62,209 nucleotides of DNA from a virus (Duplodnaviria > Caudoviricetes): IMG/VR virus record IMGVR_UViG_3300032245_001172, positions 1 through 62,209 of that record, one strand, 5' to 3'. Shown piece by piece: positions 1 through 9,622 of this stretch (within the stretch, counting starts at the first letter, position 1; each line of letters opens with the position of its first letter). The translations under genes and the position numbers were made by a program. The notes beneath the pieces are model-generated. The model had not been told where the DNA came from. It did no database searches and saw nothing but the letters and a program-made list of their open reading frames with translations.

Positions 1-117
1 CAGTATCTACAATAAGATACACTGGTACATATATATAATGTCAAAAAAATCAAAAAAAATGTTAAAAAAAACCAAAAAACAGAGAAAAAAGATATTATAA
101 AAATCATTGTCCGAAAA

Positions 118-310
118 TAGTATTGATAATCAATAAGTTATAGAGATTTGTGTCAAAATCTTTTTTGAAAAAATGCCAAAAAAACACCTTTTTTATAGTT
201 AAACGACAACAAACGTGTCACAAGCGTGTCACAAACTTGCCTAAATTAGTATTGATAATCAATTAGTTACAGAGATTTGTGTCACAAGCGTGTCACAAGC
301 GTGTCACAAA
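118..310. repeat. Iteron-like repeat region, putative replication origin
   Basis: Two ~38-bp copies of TAGTATTGATAATCAAT(A/T)AGTTA(T/C)AGAGATTTGTGTCA (118, 247) and five 11-bp (C/T)GTGTCACAA(G/A) units (214, 225, 278, 289, 300) in non-coding DNA. Confidence 0.55.
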
Positions 311-385
311 CTTGTCAAAAACTTTGTGATTTTAAAAGTCTTAATATTTATTTTAAAAAAAAGTATTGTGTAAATAAAATTTTAT

Positions 386-404
386 TATATTTGTACCAGT
401 AACC
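386..404 (+). promoter_or_regulatory. Bacteroidota-type promoter with extended phage motif TATATTTGTACCAGTAACC
   Basis: TAnnTTTG -7 element 16 bp before ORF 420; motif recurs at 3793 (+) and 60467 (-). Confidence 0.7.
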
Positions 405-419
405 TTATTATCAAGAAAA

Positions 420-671
420 ATGAACTACGAAAAATTAATGAAACATAATCCTACAAGTTTGGGGATTATTACAAATTCTATTGGTCAAGAAATAGAATTT
501 TTTGAACATCCCTTAAAAGGAGATGAATTTCCAGTTATTATTGTTTGTCACGAGTTAAAATTAGCCGATTATACGGATTTTATGGAAACAGATGATATGA
601 TTGCTTCACATAAAGAATATGAGCCATCATTTGTACAAAAAAAGCTATTTATTGGAGGTATTGAACATTAA
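420..671 (+). CDS. hypothetical protein
   Basis: ORF directly after promoter motif. Confidence 0.7.
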   Translation: MNYEKLMKHNPTSLGIITNSIGQEIEFFEHPLKGDEFPVIIVCHELKLADYTDFMETDDMIASHKEYEPSFVQKKLFIGGIEH

Positions 672-684
672 TTGATATTATCAA

Positions 685-891
685 ATGATATTAAAAGAAA
701 AAATACAAACAATAATAATAGATGATTATGGAAATTTCCAGAAAATTATATTATTAGAAAAAATAGCAGAAGATTTTGCTATTGAATTTGCAGAGTGGTG
801 TTTAAAAAACGGATTATTTACGCAATTTAAAATAACACAAAGAGCAAATCAAGAACTTTTAGAAATATTTAAAAAAGAAAAAGGATTATGA
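685..891 (+). CDS. hypothetical phage protein, paralogue of 888..1142
   Basis: Shares EKIAxDxAIEFxEWCL and ELLEIFKKEKGL with the next ORF. Confidence 0.7.
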   Translation: MILKEKIQTIIIDDYGNFQKIILLEKIAEDFAIEFAEWCLKNGLFTQFKITQRANQELLEIFKKEKGL

Positions 892-1142
892 TAACATTAA
901 TTGAAAAAATTAAAAAACAATTAGATACTGCAACACCAAAATTAAATAGACCAATTTATCAATCTAAAAAAATAGAAAAAATAGCAGATGATTACGCTAT
1001 TGAATTTTCTGAATGGTGTTTAGATTCAAAAAATAAATTAGGTTATCACGAAATAAAAAAAGAATGGTATAATTATAATTCAGATAAATGGATTACAACA
1101 AAAGAACTATTAGAAATATTTAAAAAAGAAAAGGGATTATGA
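888..1142 (+). CDS. hypothetical phage protein, paralogue of 685..891
   Basis: ATGA overlap; shared motifs. Confidence 0.7.
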   Translation: MITLIEKIKKQLDTATPKLNRPIYQSKKIEKIADDYAIEFSEWCLDSKNKLGYHEIKKEWYNYNSDKWITTKELLEIFKKEKGL

Positions 1143-1227
1143 AATATTTTTTATTATTTCTCGGATATGAATTTATTAGACCAAAATTAATTTGGTTATT
1201 TCACTATTTAATTAAAAAAGGAGAAAA

Positions 1228-1386
1228 ATGACAGAAAAAGAAAAATACATAGGAGCTTTTTTAGATGGTTATTTTTCAGATAAGAATTTTCCAGAATATA
1301 ATATAATTTACACATCAGCTTTAGAAAGTGCAACTAAATTAGCAAACAAAAAATGGAAACAATATAAAAAACAAAAACTAAAATGA
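1228..1386 (+). CDS. small hypothetical protein (52 aa)
   Basis: Read manually, MTEKEKYIGAFLDGYF...; ATGA coupling to next ORF. Confidence 0.55.
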   Translation: MTEKEKYIGAFLDGYFSDKNFPEYNIIYTSALESATKLANKKWKQYKKQKLK

Positions 1387-1562
1387 CACCAGAAGAAAAA
1401 ATAAAATATGTAGATGTTGGATTAAGATTATTAAATATTGAATTACATAAAGAATTATTAAAAAAAGTAATTAAAGTAATTGAAATAGTTGATAAGAAAA
1501 AAGGAAATTTAAATGTAAAAGATTTTTTAGATATTAAAAATGAAACAAATAAAAATAATTAA
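1383..1562 (+). CDS. small hypothetical protein (59 aa)
   Basis: Read manually, MTPEEKIKYVDVGLRLL... Confidence 0.55.
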   Translation: MTPEEKIKYVDVGLRLLNIELHKELLKKVIKVIEIVDKKKGNLNVKDFLDIKNETNKNN

Positions 1563-1794
1563 TCTAATTTTAGAAAGTAATTATATTAAATTATCCTCCA
1601 TTTATGATAATGCAATTATTGGTTTTGAAAATAAATCTAAAAAATGTATTTATTCTGTAAAGAAGTTAATTAATATTTTAATAATAAATAATAACATTTC
1701 TAAAAAAGATGCAATAGAATATTATTTTGATAATTTATATAAGGATAATAATAAAGCACCAATATTTTCAGAAGATTTTAATTACGATAAATAA
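1540..1794 (+). CDS. hypothetical phage protein
   Basis: ORF in operon; YDNAIIG...IYSVKKLI...DAIEYY pattern seen in phage proteins. Confidence 0.6.
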   Translation: MKQIKIINLILESNYIKLSSIYDNAIIGFENKSKKCIYSVKKLINILIINNNISKKDAIEYYFDNLYKDNNKAPIFSEDFNYDK

Positions 1795-1800
1795 TAAAAC

Positions 1801-2181
1801 ATGATACCAATAAATGAATTAAGAATTAATAATTATGTTTATTATAATAATGAACATAATGAAATAGGAATTATTACTAAATTAGTAACAGAATTAATTA
1901 CAGATATTAATTATGTTGGAATTAATAATAGAATTGATATTCATTATTTAAGTAAACATATTAATCCAATACCATTAACAGAGGATTGGTTATTAAAATT
2001 AGGTTTTAATAAATATTTTGATAAAGGTAAATTTAAAATTATTCCAAAAGCAAGATTAGGATATGAAAAAGGAAGAACATATTTTAATTCTTGGACAATT
2101 TTAGAAAAACAACCAGAGTATGTTCATGAATTACAAAATTTATATTTTGCATTAACTGGAGAAGAATTAATTATTAAATAA
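1801..2181 (+). CDS. hypothetical phage protein (ELRIxN...VHxLQNLYFAL family)
   Basis: Paralogous to 2521..2856. Confidence 0.75.
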   Translation: MIPINELRINNYVYYNNEHNEIGIITKLVTELITDINYVGINNRIDIHYLSKHINPIPLTEDWLLKLGFNKYFDKGKFKIIPKARLGYEKGRTYFNSWTILEKQPEYVHELQNLYFALTGEELIIK

Positions 2182-2187
2182 AATATA

Positions 2188-2508
2188 ATGAAAGAAATAA
2201 ATATAGATAGTAACGTTAAAGACAAAATAGAAATTGTAAAACAACAACAAGCCGAAATACAAAAAGTATTTGATTCAAAAATTATTCCTCACGAAAACCA
2301 TTCTTTATTTGAATTTGATTTAAATACAAATGAAATTAGATTAGCAATATTTGATGAACAACCAGCTATTAAGTGGGAAGATGCTTTAAAATGTCAAATT
2401 TCTGCTCAAAAGAAAATAACTAAAAAAGAAAATTGTATTTACATTTCAGCATTAAATAAAAAGAATGTAATAAAAATATTAAAAAGAGATTTCAATATTA
2501 ACTTTTAA
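2188..2508 (+). CDS. hypothetical protein
   Basis: ORF in operon. Confidence 0.7.
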   Translation: MKEINIDSNVKDKIEIVKQQQAEIQKVFDSKIIPHENHSLFEFDLNTNEIRLAIFDEQPAIKWEDALKCQISAQKKITKKENCIYISALNKKNVIKILKRDFNINF

Positions 2509-2520
2509 ATAATAAATAAA

Positions 2521-2856
2521 ATGGAAGCAAAGGAATTAAGAATTGGAAATTATGTAGATTGGAATGGAGAAAAAGCAATAATAAGTCAATTATTAGAAAA
2601 AGATGTTTGTTTTAAATGCGGTGAAGATTGTTTATATGAAGATATTAATCCAATAAAATTAACAGAGGAATGGTTATTGAAGTTTGGTTATTGGAAATTA
2701 GATAATAAAGATATTCATTTCGTTACAAAAGGACATATTATTTGGAAATGCAACAACTTGCTTATGTGTGATAAAAACGGATTAATTATAAAATCAGTCC
2801 ACCAGCTTCAAAACTTATACTTTGCATTAAATAGAGAAGAATTAATTATAAAATAA
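2521..2856 (+). CDS. hypothetical phage protein, paralogue of 1801..2181
   Basis: ELRIGN, LTEEWLLKFG, VHQLQNLYFAL. Confidence 0.75.
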   Translation: MEAKELRIGNYVDWNGEKAIISQLLEKDVCFKCGEDCLYEDINPIKLTEEWLLKFGYWKLDNKDIHFVTKGHIIWKCNNLLMCDKNGLIIKSVHQLQNLYFALNREELIIK

Positions 2857-2889
2857 ATAAATAAAAATAACTTAAAAAATAAAAAAAAA

Positions 2890-3132
2890 ATGGCAACAAA
2901 ATACATCAAAACTATTGACAATAAAATTATTGTTTTTTCTGCATTAATAAATCATTCTGAATTTAGAAGATTTAAACCAGTTTCTGCTGGATTCATTATT
3001 TTCAAGACAGATGAATTAGGAAATCCAACTCGCGAGTGTTATGGACAATCGATATCATTAGATTTTTTAAAATCCAATCCAGTTGAAGATAGTGAATTAG
3101 CAAATAGACAAATTTTAGGAAAATTTTTATAA
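2890..3132 (+). CDS. hypothetical protein
   Basis: ORF in operon; PVSAGF...CYGQSISL. Confidence 0.65.
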   Translation: MATKYIKTIDNKIIVFSALINHSEFRRFKPVSAGFIIFKTDELGNPTRECYGQSISLDFLKSNPVEDSELANRQILGKFL

Positions 3133-3134
3133 TT

Positions 3135-3356
3135 ATGGAAATCAAACAAAAAATAGAAGCAATAAATCTTAAATTAGAAAAATTGTACAATAAAGGTTCA
3201 AACAACGAAAAATTAGTTGATGAAAGAACTAAATTAATAAATTTATGTACACATGAAGAAACTAAAATTAAAGTAGTTTCTGCATTAGCTGGAATTGAAA
3301 AGAAAATTATAGTTTGCACAATCTGTAATAAAATAGTAAAAGATATTCACGAATAA
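3135..3356 (+). CDS. hypothetical protein, possible Zn-binding
   Basis: CTH...CTIC motif. Confidence 0.6.
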   Translation: MEIKQKIEAINLKLEKLYNKGSNNEKLVDERTKLINLCTHEETKIKVVSALAGIEKKIIVCTICNKIVKDIHE

Positions 3357-3366
3357 AATAAACAAA

Positions 3367-3747
3367 ATGAATTGGATAGAAACAACAAAAGAATTACCAA
3401 AATTTATTGATGGTAAAGATTATTCTGAAAACGTATTAGTTTGGAATAACAACAAGTTATGTGTTATGAGTTATTGTAAGGTCAAACATAATAATTGTGA
3501 AACACTTTATTACTGGGCAAACGCTTATGGAAATATTGATGGAGATGCAGAATATGATGATGATTATGCTCCAACACATTGGATGGCATTACCAGTTGCT
3601 CCAGAAAAAACAGAAAATAATCTAAAACAAAAGTATTTAATTGCTAAAACAACACTTGAAGCAGTATTGTTTTATATTGTACCAGATAGTTGTAGAACGA
3701 TGGTATATAAAGCATTAGATGAAATTAATGATAAAAAATTAAAATAA
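3367..3747 (+). CDS. DUF551-like phage protein
   Basis: MNWI...LP start and THWMALP motif. Confidence 0.7.
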   Translation: MNWIETTKELPKFIDGKDYSENVLVWNNNKLCVMSYCKVKHNNCETLYYWANAYGNIDGDAEYDDDYAPTHWMALPVAPEKTENNLKQKYLIAKTTLEAVLFYIVPDSCRTMVYKALDEINDKKLK

Positions 3748-3792
3748 TATGAAATATTTTATAAAATATTTTGTAGTTTAAAAATAATATAT

Positions 3793-3811
3793 TAGATTTG
3801 TACCAGTAACC
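3793..3811 (+). promoter_or_regulatory. promoter motif TAGATTTGTACCAGTAACC
   Basis: Copy of the 386 motif upstream of ORF 3826. Confidence 0.65.
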
Positions 3812-3825
3812 ATAAAAAAAATATT

Positions 3826-4107
3826 ATGACAAATGTCAAAGAATTATTAAAAAAAAACACACCATTTGCAGTTATGCAGTATTTTGAAAGATTTAAAGGT
3901 TCTAAATCTGAAACTATTAAAAAGTACGAGTTAATTTATATTAACAAAAGTAAAAAAGTTCAGTATAAATTACTTTCTAACGAAGAAATTAATATTATCA
4001 AAACAGAAAAAGATGTAAAAATAGTAATAGATAATATTGATGGTAAAATTTTTGAGTTTAATAACTTTAAAGAATACAAAGAAAGTTTATGTGTTGAACA
4101 TTATTAA
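3826..4107 (+). CDS. hypothetical protein
   Basis: ORF after promoter. Confidence 0.65.
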   Translation: MTNVKELLKKNTPFAVMQYFERFKGSKSETIKKYELIYINKSKKVQYKLLSNEEINIIKTEKDVKIVIDNIDGKIFEFNNFKEYKESLCVEHY

Positions 4108-4127
4108 AAATTAAAAATCAATAAATT

Positions 4128-4391
4128 ATGAAAAAAACATTTTTACTATTATCAGTTGTATTATTATCATGTAATCCAGATGAACCAGAAACTAATCAAC
4201 CACCACAAAATTGTGATTGCGATAAAGTCGTAGAAGTATCAACATTTAATGTTGTTGGAACACCACAAAATCCAGCAATGAATTATTATTCTGTTTACAC
4301 TACAATTAATGTATGTACACAAGTTCAAAGACAAAAAACATTTACCACTACAATATCAAGCCAATCTCCACAAATCGGTCAATGTAGATAA
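4128..4391 (+). CDS. putative lipoprotein
   Basis: MKK + hydrophobic stretch + LLSC lipobox; Cys-rich. Confidence 0.7.
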   Translation: MKKTFLLLSVVLLSCNPDEPETNQPPQNCDCDKVVEVSTFNVVGTPQNPAMNYYSVYTTINVCTQVQRQKTFTTTISSQSPQIGQCR

Positions 4392-4506
4392 TTAATTATT
4401 AAACTATGAAAAAAATACTTGTATTTATATTAGATTTTATTATCAATAGATTTACTGACTACAATCAATCATTTAAAAAAGGATTTAACTACTAAAAATT
4501 AAACTT

Positions 4507-4851
4507 ATGAAACTATTAGATTTTTTCAGAGATTTATTTTCTGATAAGCAACAAGAAATTAAAGAACGTGGCATAGAAATGTCAAAAGTTGTAACTCCAG
4601 CCAGAAGGCAAAAAATGGGAAGGTTGAATACTAAACACTTTCAAGTAAAAAACCATTTAATGAAAATAGGAACAATTGATAGCTGGACTGCAATTGAACT
4701 TTATGGTGCAACCAGATTGTCTGCAATTATTTTTAATTTAAGAAAAGAAGGAATGGATATTGAATCAATACCTTCAACATCTTACGATAGAAATTCAGAA
4801 ATATGTAATTATACAACTTATAAATTAGCACAAGAAAATGAAATCAATTAA
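4507..4851 (+). CDS. winged HTH (HTH_39-like) DNA-binding protein
   Basis: HL...G.IDSW.AI..YG.TRLSA.I..LR..G.DI pattern. Confidence 0.7.
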   Translation: MKLLDFFRDLFSDKQQEIKERGIEMSKVVTPARRQKMGRLNTKHFQVKNHLMKIGTIDSWTAIELYGATRLSAIIFNLRKEGMDIESIPSTSYDRNSEICNYTTYKLAQENEIN

Positions 4852-5044
4852 ATTTGTAACCCTTGATTCGATGAAAACATTATCGGAGGAATTATCAACT
4901 TCTGTAAAAAAAGCAACACCAGAAATTGATTTAAAAATATCAAACTATTTAGTAAAAAAAGGCAATTCAAATTTTATTGATTTGTATAATGATTTTGTTA
5001 AAAACAAAAACCACAAAGAAACATTAATTAAATTAGAAATTTAA
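4838..5044 (+). CDS. hypothetical protein
   Basis: Overlapping ORF in operon. Confidence 0.55.
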   Translation: MKSIKFVTLDSMKTLSEELSTSVKKATPEIDLKISNYLVKKGNSNFIDLYNDFVKNKNHKETLIKLEI

Positions 5045-5045
5045 A

Positions 5046-5276
5046 ATGGAAACAATACAAATACAAGTAACAAAATTATTTCAAATACTATCTCGTAGAG
5101 GAATGACACAAAAAGATTTACATAATCTTATTGCTCAAACTAATAATGGAGAAAACGTATCTATGTATATATTAAACGAAATCATAAATGGAAAAAGAAA
5201 AAACTTCAACATCAAAACATTAAAACTTATTAAAAACGCACTTCAAGTATCGTTTGATGATTTAATAGATGAATAA
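5046..5276 (+). CDS. XRE/Cro-like HTH regulator
   Basis: RGMTQKDL...LNEIINGKRKN...TLKLIKNALQVSFDDL. Confidence 0.8.
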   Translation: METIQIQVTKLFQILSRRGMTQKDLHNLIAQTNNGENVSMYILNEIINGKRKNFNIKTLKLIKNALQVSFDDLIDE

Positions 5277-5947
5277 TGGATTTTTTACTTTTTATAAAAG
5301 ATTTAAGGTTAAAAAATAAATTGTATTCAGAAATATGGTTAAACATATTTATGCAATATAATGATGAAGATGAAAAAACCATAAATATTTATACTCCAGT
5401 TGGAACAAACGCAAGAACATTTTACAGAATTATTGATTATGGTATAAAATCATTTAATGAAAAAATGAATAACTATAATTTAGAAAAGCAAAGAGGTAAA
5501 ATTATTGTAACAAAAATTGTAGAGAAAACCAAACCAAAAACAATTACTAAAAAAACTTCACCTAAAATTCACCCAAAAACATTTGAAGTTGATACAATAA
5601 AAACTTATGAAGAAAATATTTATTCTGAAATTGTAAATTATCTAAATGTAACTGCTGGAAAAAATTTCAAACCAAATTTAAGATTAGCACAAACAAAAAT
5701 TGATGAAAGATTGAAAGAAGGATATTTGCCAGAAGATTTTAAAAAAGTAATTGACATTAAATGCAAAAAATGGTTAGGAACTAAATGGGCAGATTATTTA
5801 ACACCAACAACATTGTTTGGAGATAAGTTTGGAATTTATTTAAACGAAAACATTAATAGTAATAAAACTAAAAAAGAAAAAACGTATGACACAATTATCA
5901 AATCCACAGAACTCGGATGGAATGATAGTAAAGGAGAATCTAAATAG
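5276..5947 (+). CDS. replication initiator-like protein with conserved phage C-terminal domain (Phg_2220_C-like)
   Basis: IVNYLN..AGKNF...FKKVIDIK...W...YLTPTTLFGDKF..YLNE. Confidence 0.75.
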   Translation: MDFLLFIKDLRLKNKLYSEIWLNIFMQYNDEDEKTINIYTPVGTNARTFYRIIDYGIKSFNEKMNNYNLEKQRGKIIVTKIVEKTKPKTITKKTSPKIHPKTFEVDTIKTYEENIYSEIVNYLNVTAGKNFKPNLRLAQTKIDERLKEGYLPEDFKKVIDIKCKKWLGTKWADYLTPTTLFGDKFGIYLNENINSNKTKKEKTYDTIIKSTELGWNDSKGESK

Positions 5948-6728
5948 TTTACCAAATGTTTCTTCAAAAGAATTATCTATTTACAACAACGATACTAATT
6001 TAATTAAATTCAAAGACTACAATACACAAAAAGAGTTAGCTTTAATGACTGCTTTATTGGTAAAATGGTGTAATTATTTAGGTATAGAAACTCCAGATTC
6101 ACAAGATTTAAATAATATATGTAATTTTATAAAAGAACATTTTGAAAATTTTAACCATCAAGATTTAGATAATGCAATTATGATGATTGTTACTTCATCT
6201 TTAGATACAGATGCAGAACATTATGGTAAATTATCAATTATATATGTACATAAATGTTTAAAAGCATATATGGTTTATAAAGGTTCAGTTTTAATTAAAA
6301 TTAGACAACAATTAGATAAAATAGAATCCAGTAAAAAAAGACCAATTACTCCAGAAGAAAGAGTTGAAAATATGAAAAAATTAATAGTGTACGCTATTAA
6401 TGATGTAATTAATGAAGAAAAAGTATTTTTAGATTATGGAGATGCTTTGTATAATTTTATTAAAGCAAATAAATTAATTAAACTATCAGAGCAATTAATT
6501 AAAGATGCTATGCTATATGGAGAAAATTCTTACAAAGATGAAAATAAAAAAATGGTAATGGAAGCAGTAATAAAGCACCATAATTTTAAGTCGGCTGGAG
6601 ATATGATTTATGAAAAAGAAGATAAGATAAAAAAATACGCAAGACAATATGTAGTGAATGAATGGTTGAAAAAAGTTGAAGTAGAAAGTTTATTACAAAA
6701 AATAACTCCAGAAATGTTTAAATATTAA
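5922..6728 (+). CDS. hypothetical protein, possible helicase-loader-type partner of the initiator
   Basis: Position right after the initiator; start moved to ATG 5922; function inferred from context only. Confidence 0.5.
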   Translation: MIVKENLNSLPNVSSKELSIYNNDTNLIKFKDYNTQKELALMTALLVKWCNYLGIETPDSQDLNNICNFIKEHFENFNHQDLDNAIMMIVTSSLDTDAEHYGKLSIIYVHKCLKAYMVYKGSVLIKIRQQLDKIESSKKRPITPEERVENMKKLIVYAINDVINEEKVFLDYGDALYNFIKANKLIKLSEQLIKDAMLYGENSYKDENKKMVMEAVIKHHNFKSAGDMIYEKEDKIKKYARQYVVNEWLKKVEVESLLQKITPEMFKY

Positions 6729-6763
6729 AAAAAATATTTATTTTTACATATAATATTTTTAAA

Positions 6764-7069
6764 ATGGTAGCAAAAGGTAAAATTATTGATATTATTCATA
6801 CTGAAAAAGTAACTAATTTAGTAATAATGAATAAGATAGGAGATACTAAAAAGTATGCACCTATGTGTTTTACTGCTTTTATAGAAATTAAAAGATTGAT
6901 AATGATTTTAGCAATTGAAAAAGGAGATACAATCAAAATCAACTATCATATATTTTCAAAAAAGTACGGAGAGAAATATTACACTACACTATTTATAGAA
7001 AACATAAAAGTAATCGAAAAAAACAACCATCAATTATCCGTTAATTTAGATGGAGAATACATAAACTAA
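6764..7069 (+). CDS. DUF3127-like OB-fold, putative SSB
   Basis: KGKIIDI...GDTIKINY.I.SKKY..KYYT.L pattern. Confidence 0.55.
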   Translation: MVAKGKIIDIIHTEKVTNLVIMNKIGDTKKYAPMCFTAFIEIKRLIMILAIEKGDTIKINYHIFSKKYGEKYYTTLFIENIKVIEKNNHQLSVNLDGEYIN

Positions 7070-7081
7070 AACCAAGAAAAA

Positions 7082-7714
7082 ATGCAAACTAAACTTATAA
7101 TTGGAATACCAACAATTAATAGAGCCGATTTATTAAATGAAGCGTTAATTAAATATTTTGAAGATTTTATCGAAACAGAAATAGTAATTGTAGATAATGG
7201 AAATCAAGATATTATAATTAGAGAAAAAAAGTTTTTCATTTACCGACCGCATCAAAATTTAGGTGTTTCTGGTTCATGGAATATTATAATGGATTATGCA
7301 GATAAAGTAAATGCAACTCACGTTTTAATGCTTAACGATGATGTTTATTTAGGTAAAACCGAACAAGAAGTACTTTACATGATTAATCATGCTCCAGATT
7401 GTCATTTTTTTAATTCTTTAATGAATTGGAGTGCATGGATATTATCAGTAAAAGCATATAAAACTATTGGTGCATTTGACGAAAACTTTTTCCCAGCATA
7501 TTTTGAAGATAACGATTATTGTTATCGTATGCGTTTATGTGGAATCGATAGAATTAACACATCTTATTTAAATCCACTTATATATAGAAATAGTCAAACT
7601 ATTTTAAAAGATTCAAGTCTGAATCAAAATTTTGAAAAAAACCGACAATATTACGCAAGTAAATGGGGAGGAATACCAAGTGAAGAAAGTTTTACAACAC
7701 CTTTTAATAAATAA
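7082..7714 (+). CDS. glycosyltransferase family 2
   Basis: IGIPTINR, IVIVDNG, NLGVSGSWN, MLNDD, FDENFFPAYFEDNDY. Confidence 0.9.
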   Translation: MQTKLIIGIPTINRADLLNEALIKYFEDFIETEIVIVDNGNQDIIIREKKFFIYRPHQNLGVSGSWNIIMDYADKVNATHVLMLNDDVYLGKTEQEVLYMINHAPDCHFFNSLMNWSAWILSVKAYKTIGAFDENFFPAYFEDNDYCYRMRLCGIDRINTSYLNPLIYRNSQTILKDSSLNQNFEKNRQYYASKWGGIPSEESFTTPFNK

Positions 7715-7716
7715 TT

Positions 7717-8424
7717 ATGGAAGATTTAACACCACATCAAAACAAAAATCAAAATTCAACTTATGATATTAATGTAACTTATCAAAAAGATACCAGATAC
7801 GACAGAAATTACATCCATCCTACTGCAATAATCGGACAAAATGTTAAGTTAGGTAAAGATAATATAATTGGTGCGTTTGTAGTAATACAAGGAAATACGG
7901 AAATTGGAAATAATAATACATTTGAACCATTTTGTTCAATTGGTAATTCTCCAGAACATAAAAAATTCTTTAAACATAAAAATTTAGATACAATTATTGG
8001 AGATAATAATGTTTTTAGAGAATATGTAACAATTAATTCTGGAACACAATTTCCAACTACACTTCAAGATGATATTATTATGTTACGTGGAAGCCACATA
8101 GGACACGATAGCTTTATTTCAAATAATTGCGTAATATCTTGTAATGTATTAATTGGAGGTCATTCTTTTTTAGGAGTAGGAGCTAATATGGGATTAGGAA
8201 GTATTTGCCATCAGTTTTCAAAAATAGGCAGTTACTCAATGATAGGTATGGGAACTATTATAACTAAAAAATCTGTAATTAATTGTTTTGGAACGTATGT
8301 TGGGAATCCAGCAAAATATATTAAAGAAAACGATTATAAAAAACAACAATTTAATTACCAACAAGTTTTAGATGTTTGTAGATTTTTTGAAGAATTAAGT
8401 TTCAGTTTTTTTAATGAACCATGA
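7717..8424 (+). CDS. LpxA-like hexapeptide-repeat acyltransferase
   Basis: IHPTAII, IGDNNVFREYVTINSGT, HIGHD, HQF, GNPA. Confidence 0.85.
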   Translation: MEDLTPHQNKNQNSTYDINVTYQKDTRYDRNYIHPTAIIGQNVKLGKDNIIGAFVVIQGNTEIGNNNTFEPFCSIGNSPEHKKFFKHKNLDTIIGDNNVFREYVTINSGTQFPTTLQDDIIMLRGSHIGHDSFISNNCVISCNVLIGGHSFLGVGANMGLGSICHQFSKIGSYSMIGMGTIITKKSVINCFGTYVGNPAKYIKENDYKKQQFNYQQVLDVCRFFEELSFSFFNEP

Positions 8425-9050
8425 AAAGAATAACTTTATCAATGCCTTGTTTTGTGAGAAAATTAGGCACAATAAGAGCAATAGATTGTATATTAAAGCA
8501 AGATATAAATAATTGGGAAGCATTAGTGATTGGAGATGGTTGTCCAGTAATTCAAGATTTTATAGATAGTAATTATTACAAAGATGTTCAGCTTGAATGT
8601 AAAAAAAACGGAAACGATTTAATTATTGAAAATAATCCAATTAATCGTGGTGGTCATGGTTATTTTATTACTAATGATAATATACAATGGGCAAATGGTA
8701 AATATTTCGTATTTTTTGCAAATGATGATATAATCCAGCCAAATCATTTTTCTAATTATTTATCAGAAATAGAAAACACCGATTTAGATTTTGTTTATTT
8801 TAATAGTTGGGTAACACCAAGAAATCAAATTAGAAATACACAATTAGAATATGGTATGATAGGTCATTCTGAATTAATAATTAGAACTGAATTTTTACAA
8901 CAAATGCCTTTACACAACGAACACTATGGACACGATTGGGAATTAATATCAAATATGGCAAATTCTGGAAAACATAAAAAAGCAACAAATCCAGAACCAA
9001 CTTATTATGTAATGAGTTTGTCGGACAATAGAGAACAAGGAATTGATTAA
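8421..9050 (+). CDS. glycosyltransferase family 2
   Basis: ILKQ...NWEALVIGDG, GKYFVFFANDD, GHDW. Confidence 0.85.
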   Translation: MKRITLSMPCFVRKLGTIRAIDCILKQDINNWEALVIGDGCPVIQDFIDSNYYKDVQLECKKNGNDLIIENNPINRGGHGYFITNDNIQWANGKYFVFFANDDIIQPNHFSNYLSEIENTDLDFVYFNSWVTPRNQIRNTQLEYGMIGHSELIIRTEFLQQMPLHNEHYGHDWELISNMANSGKHKKATNPEPTYYVMSLSDNREQGID

Positions 9051-9078
9051 AATAACCAAGAAACTTAAACTACAAATT

Positions 9079-9549
9079 ATGAAAACTATTGATGAGTATA
9101 AAAGACCAATTTATGCAGAAAAAGAATTATTAGCTTTAATTGAATGTAAAAGAAGAATGGATATGAAAATTTTTCAATCTTCTTATTTTTCATGGGTAAC
9201 TACAAAATGGAATTATATGCGAAAATTTTTGCTTGAAAAAGGATTTATTCAAAAACAACACACTTCTTATATTTGGATAGGTAAACAACCAGATATTAAA
9301 TTGGCTGATGAATTTATAAAATATTATAAATTAATTAATAAATACGAAAAAAAAATAGTTGTAAAAAAAGTACCAGAAAGCAATCCTAATAAATTATATG
9401 AAGATTATGTTTCTTTGAGTAAACAAGTCCAAGAACTTAAAATTCAAAATAGAGAAATGTATAAAGAGTTAAAATCAGTTTTTGAACAAAAAACAAAAAT
9501 TGAAAAAAACTATCAAGATTTACAAGAAAGATTAAAAAATCTTATCTAA
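9079..9549 (+). CDS. hypothetical protein with C-terminal coiled coil
   Basis: Start reassigned to ATG after the ACCAAGAAACTTAAAC leader. Confidence 0.6.
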   Translation: MKTIDEYKRPIYAEKELLALIECKRRMDMKIFQSSYFSWVTTKWNYMRKFLLEKGFIQKQHTSYIWIGKQPDIKLADEFIKYYKLINKYEKKIVVKKVPESNPNKLYEDYVSLSKQVQELKIQNREMYKELKSVFEQKTKIEKNYQDLQERLKNLI

Positions 9550-9622
9550 AAATAAATTTTGTCAAACCAAAAACTTTTATTATATTTGAAAATTAAACCA
9601 AGAAACTTAAACAAATAAAATT

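Noticed and set aside
7717-8424. Bona fide lpxA of lipid A synthesis
   Set aside because: The C-terminal helical domain looks truncated and the context is viral glycosyltransferases, so it is called LpxA-like only
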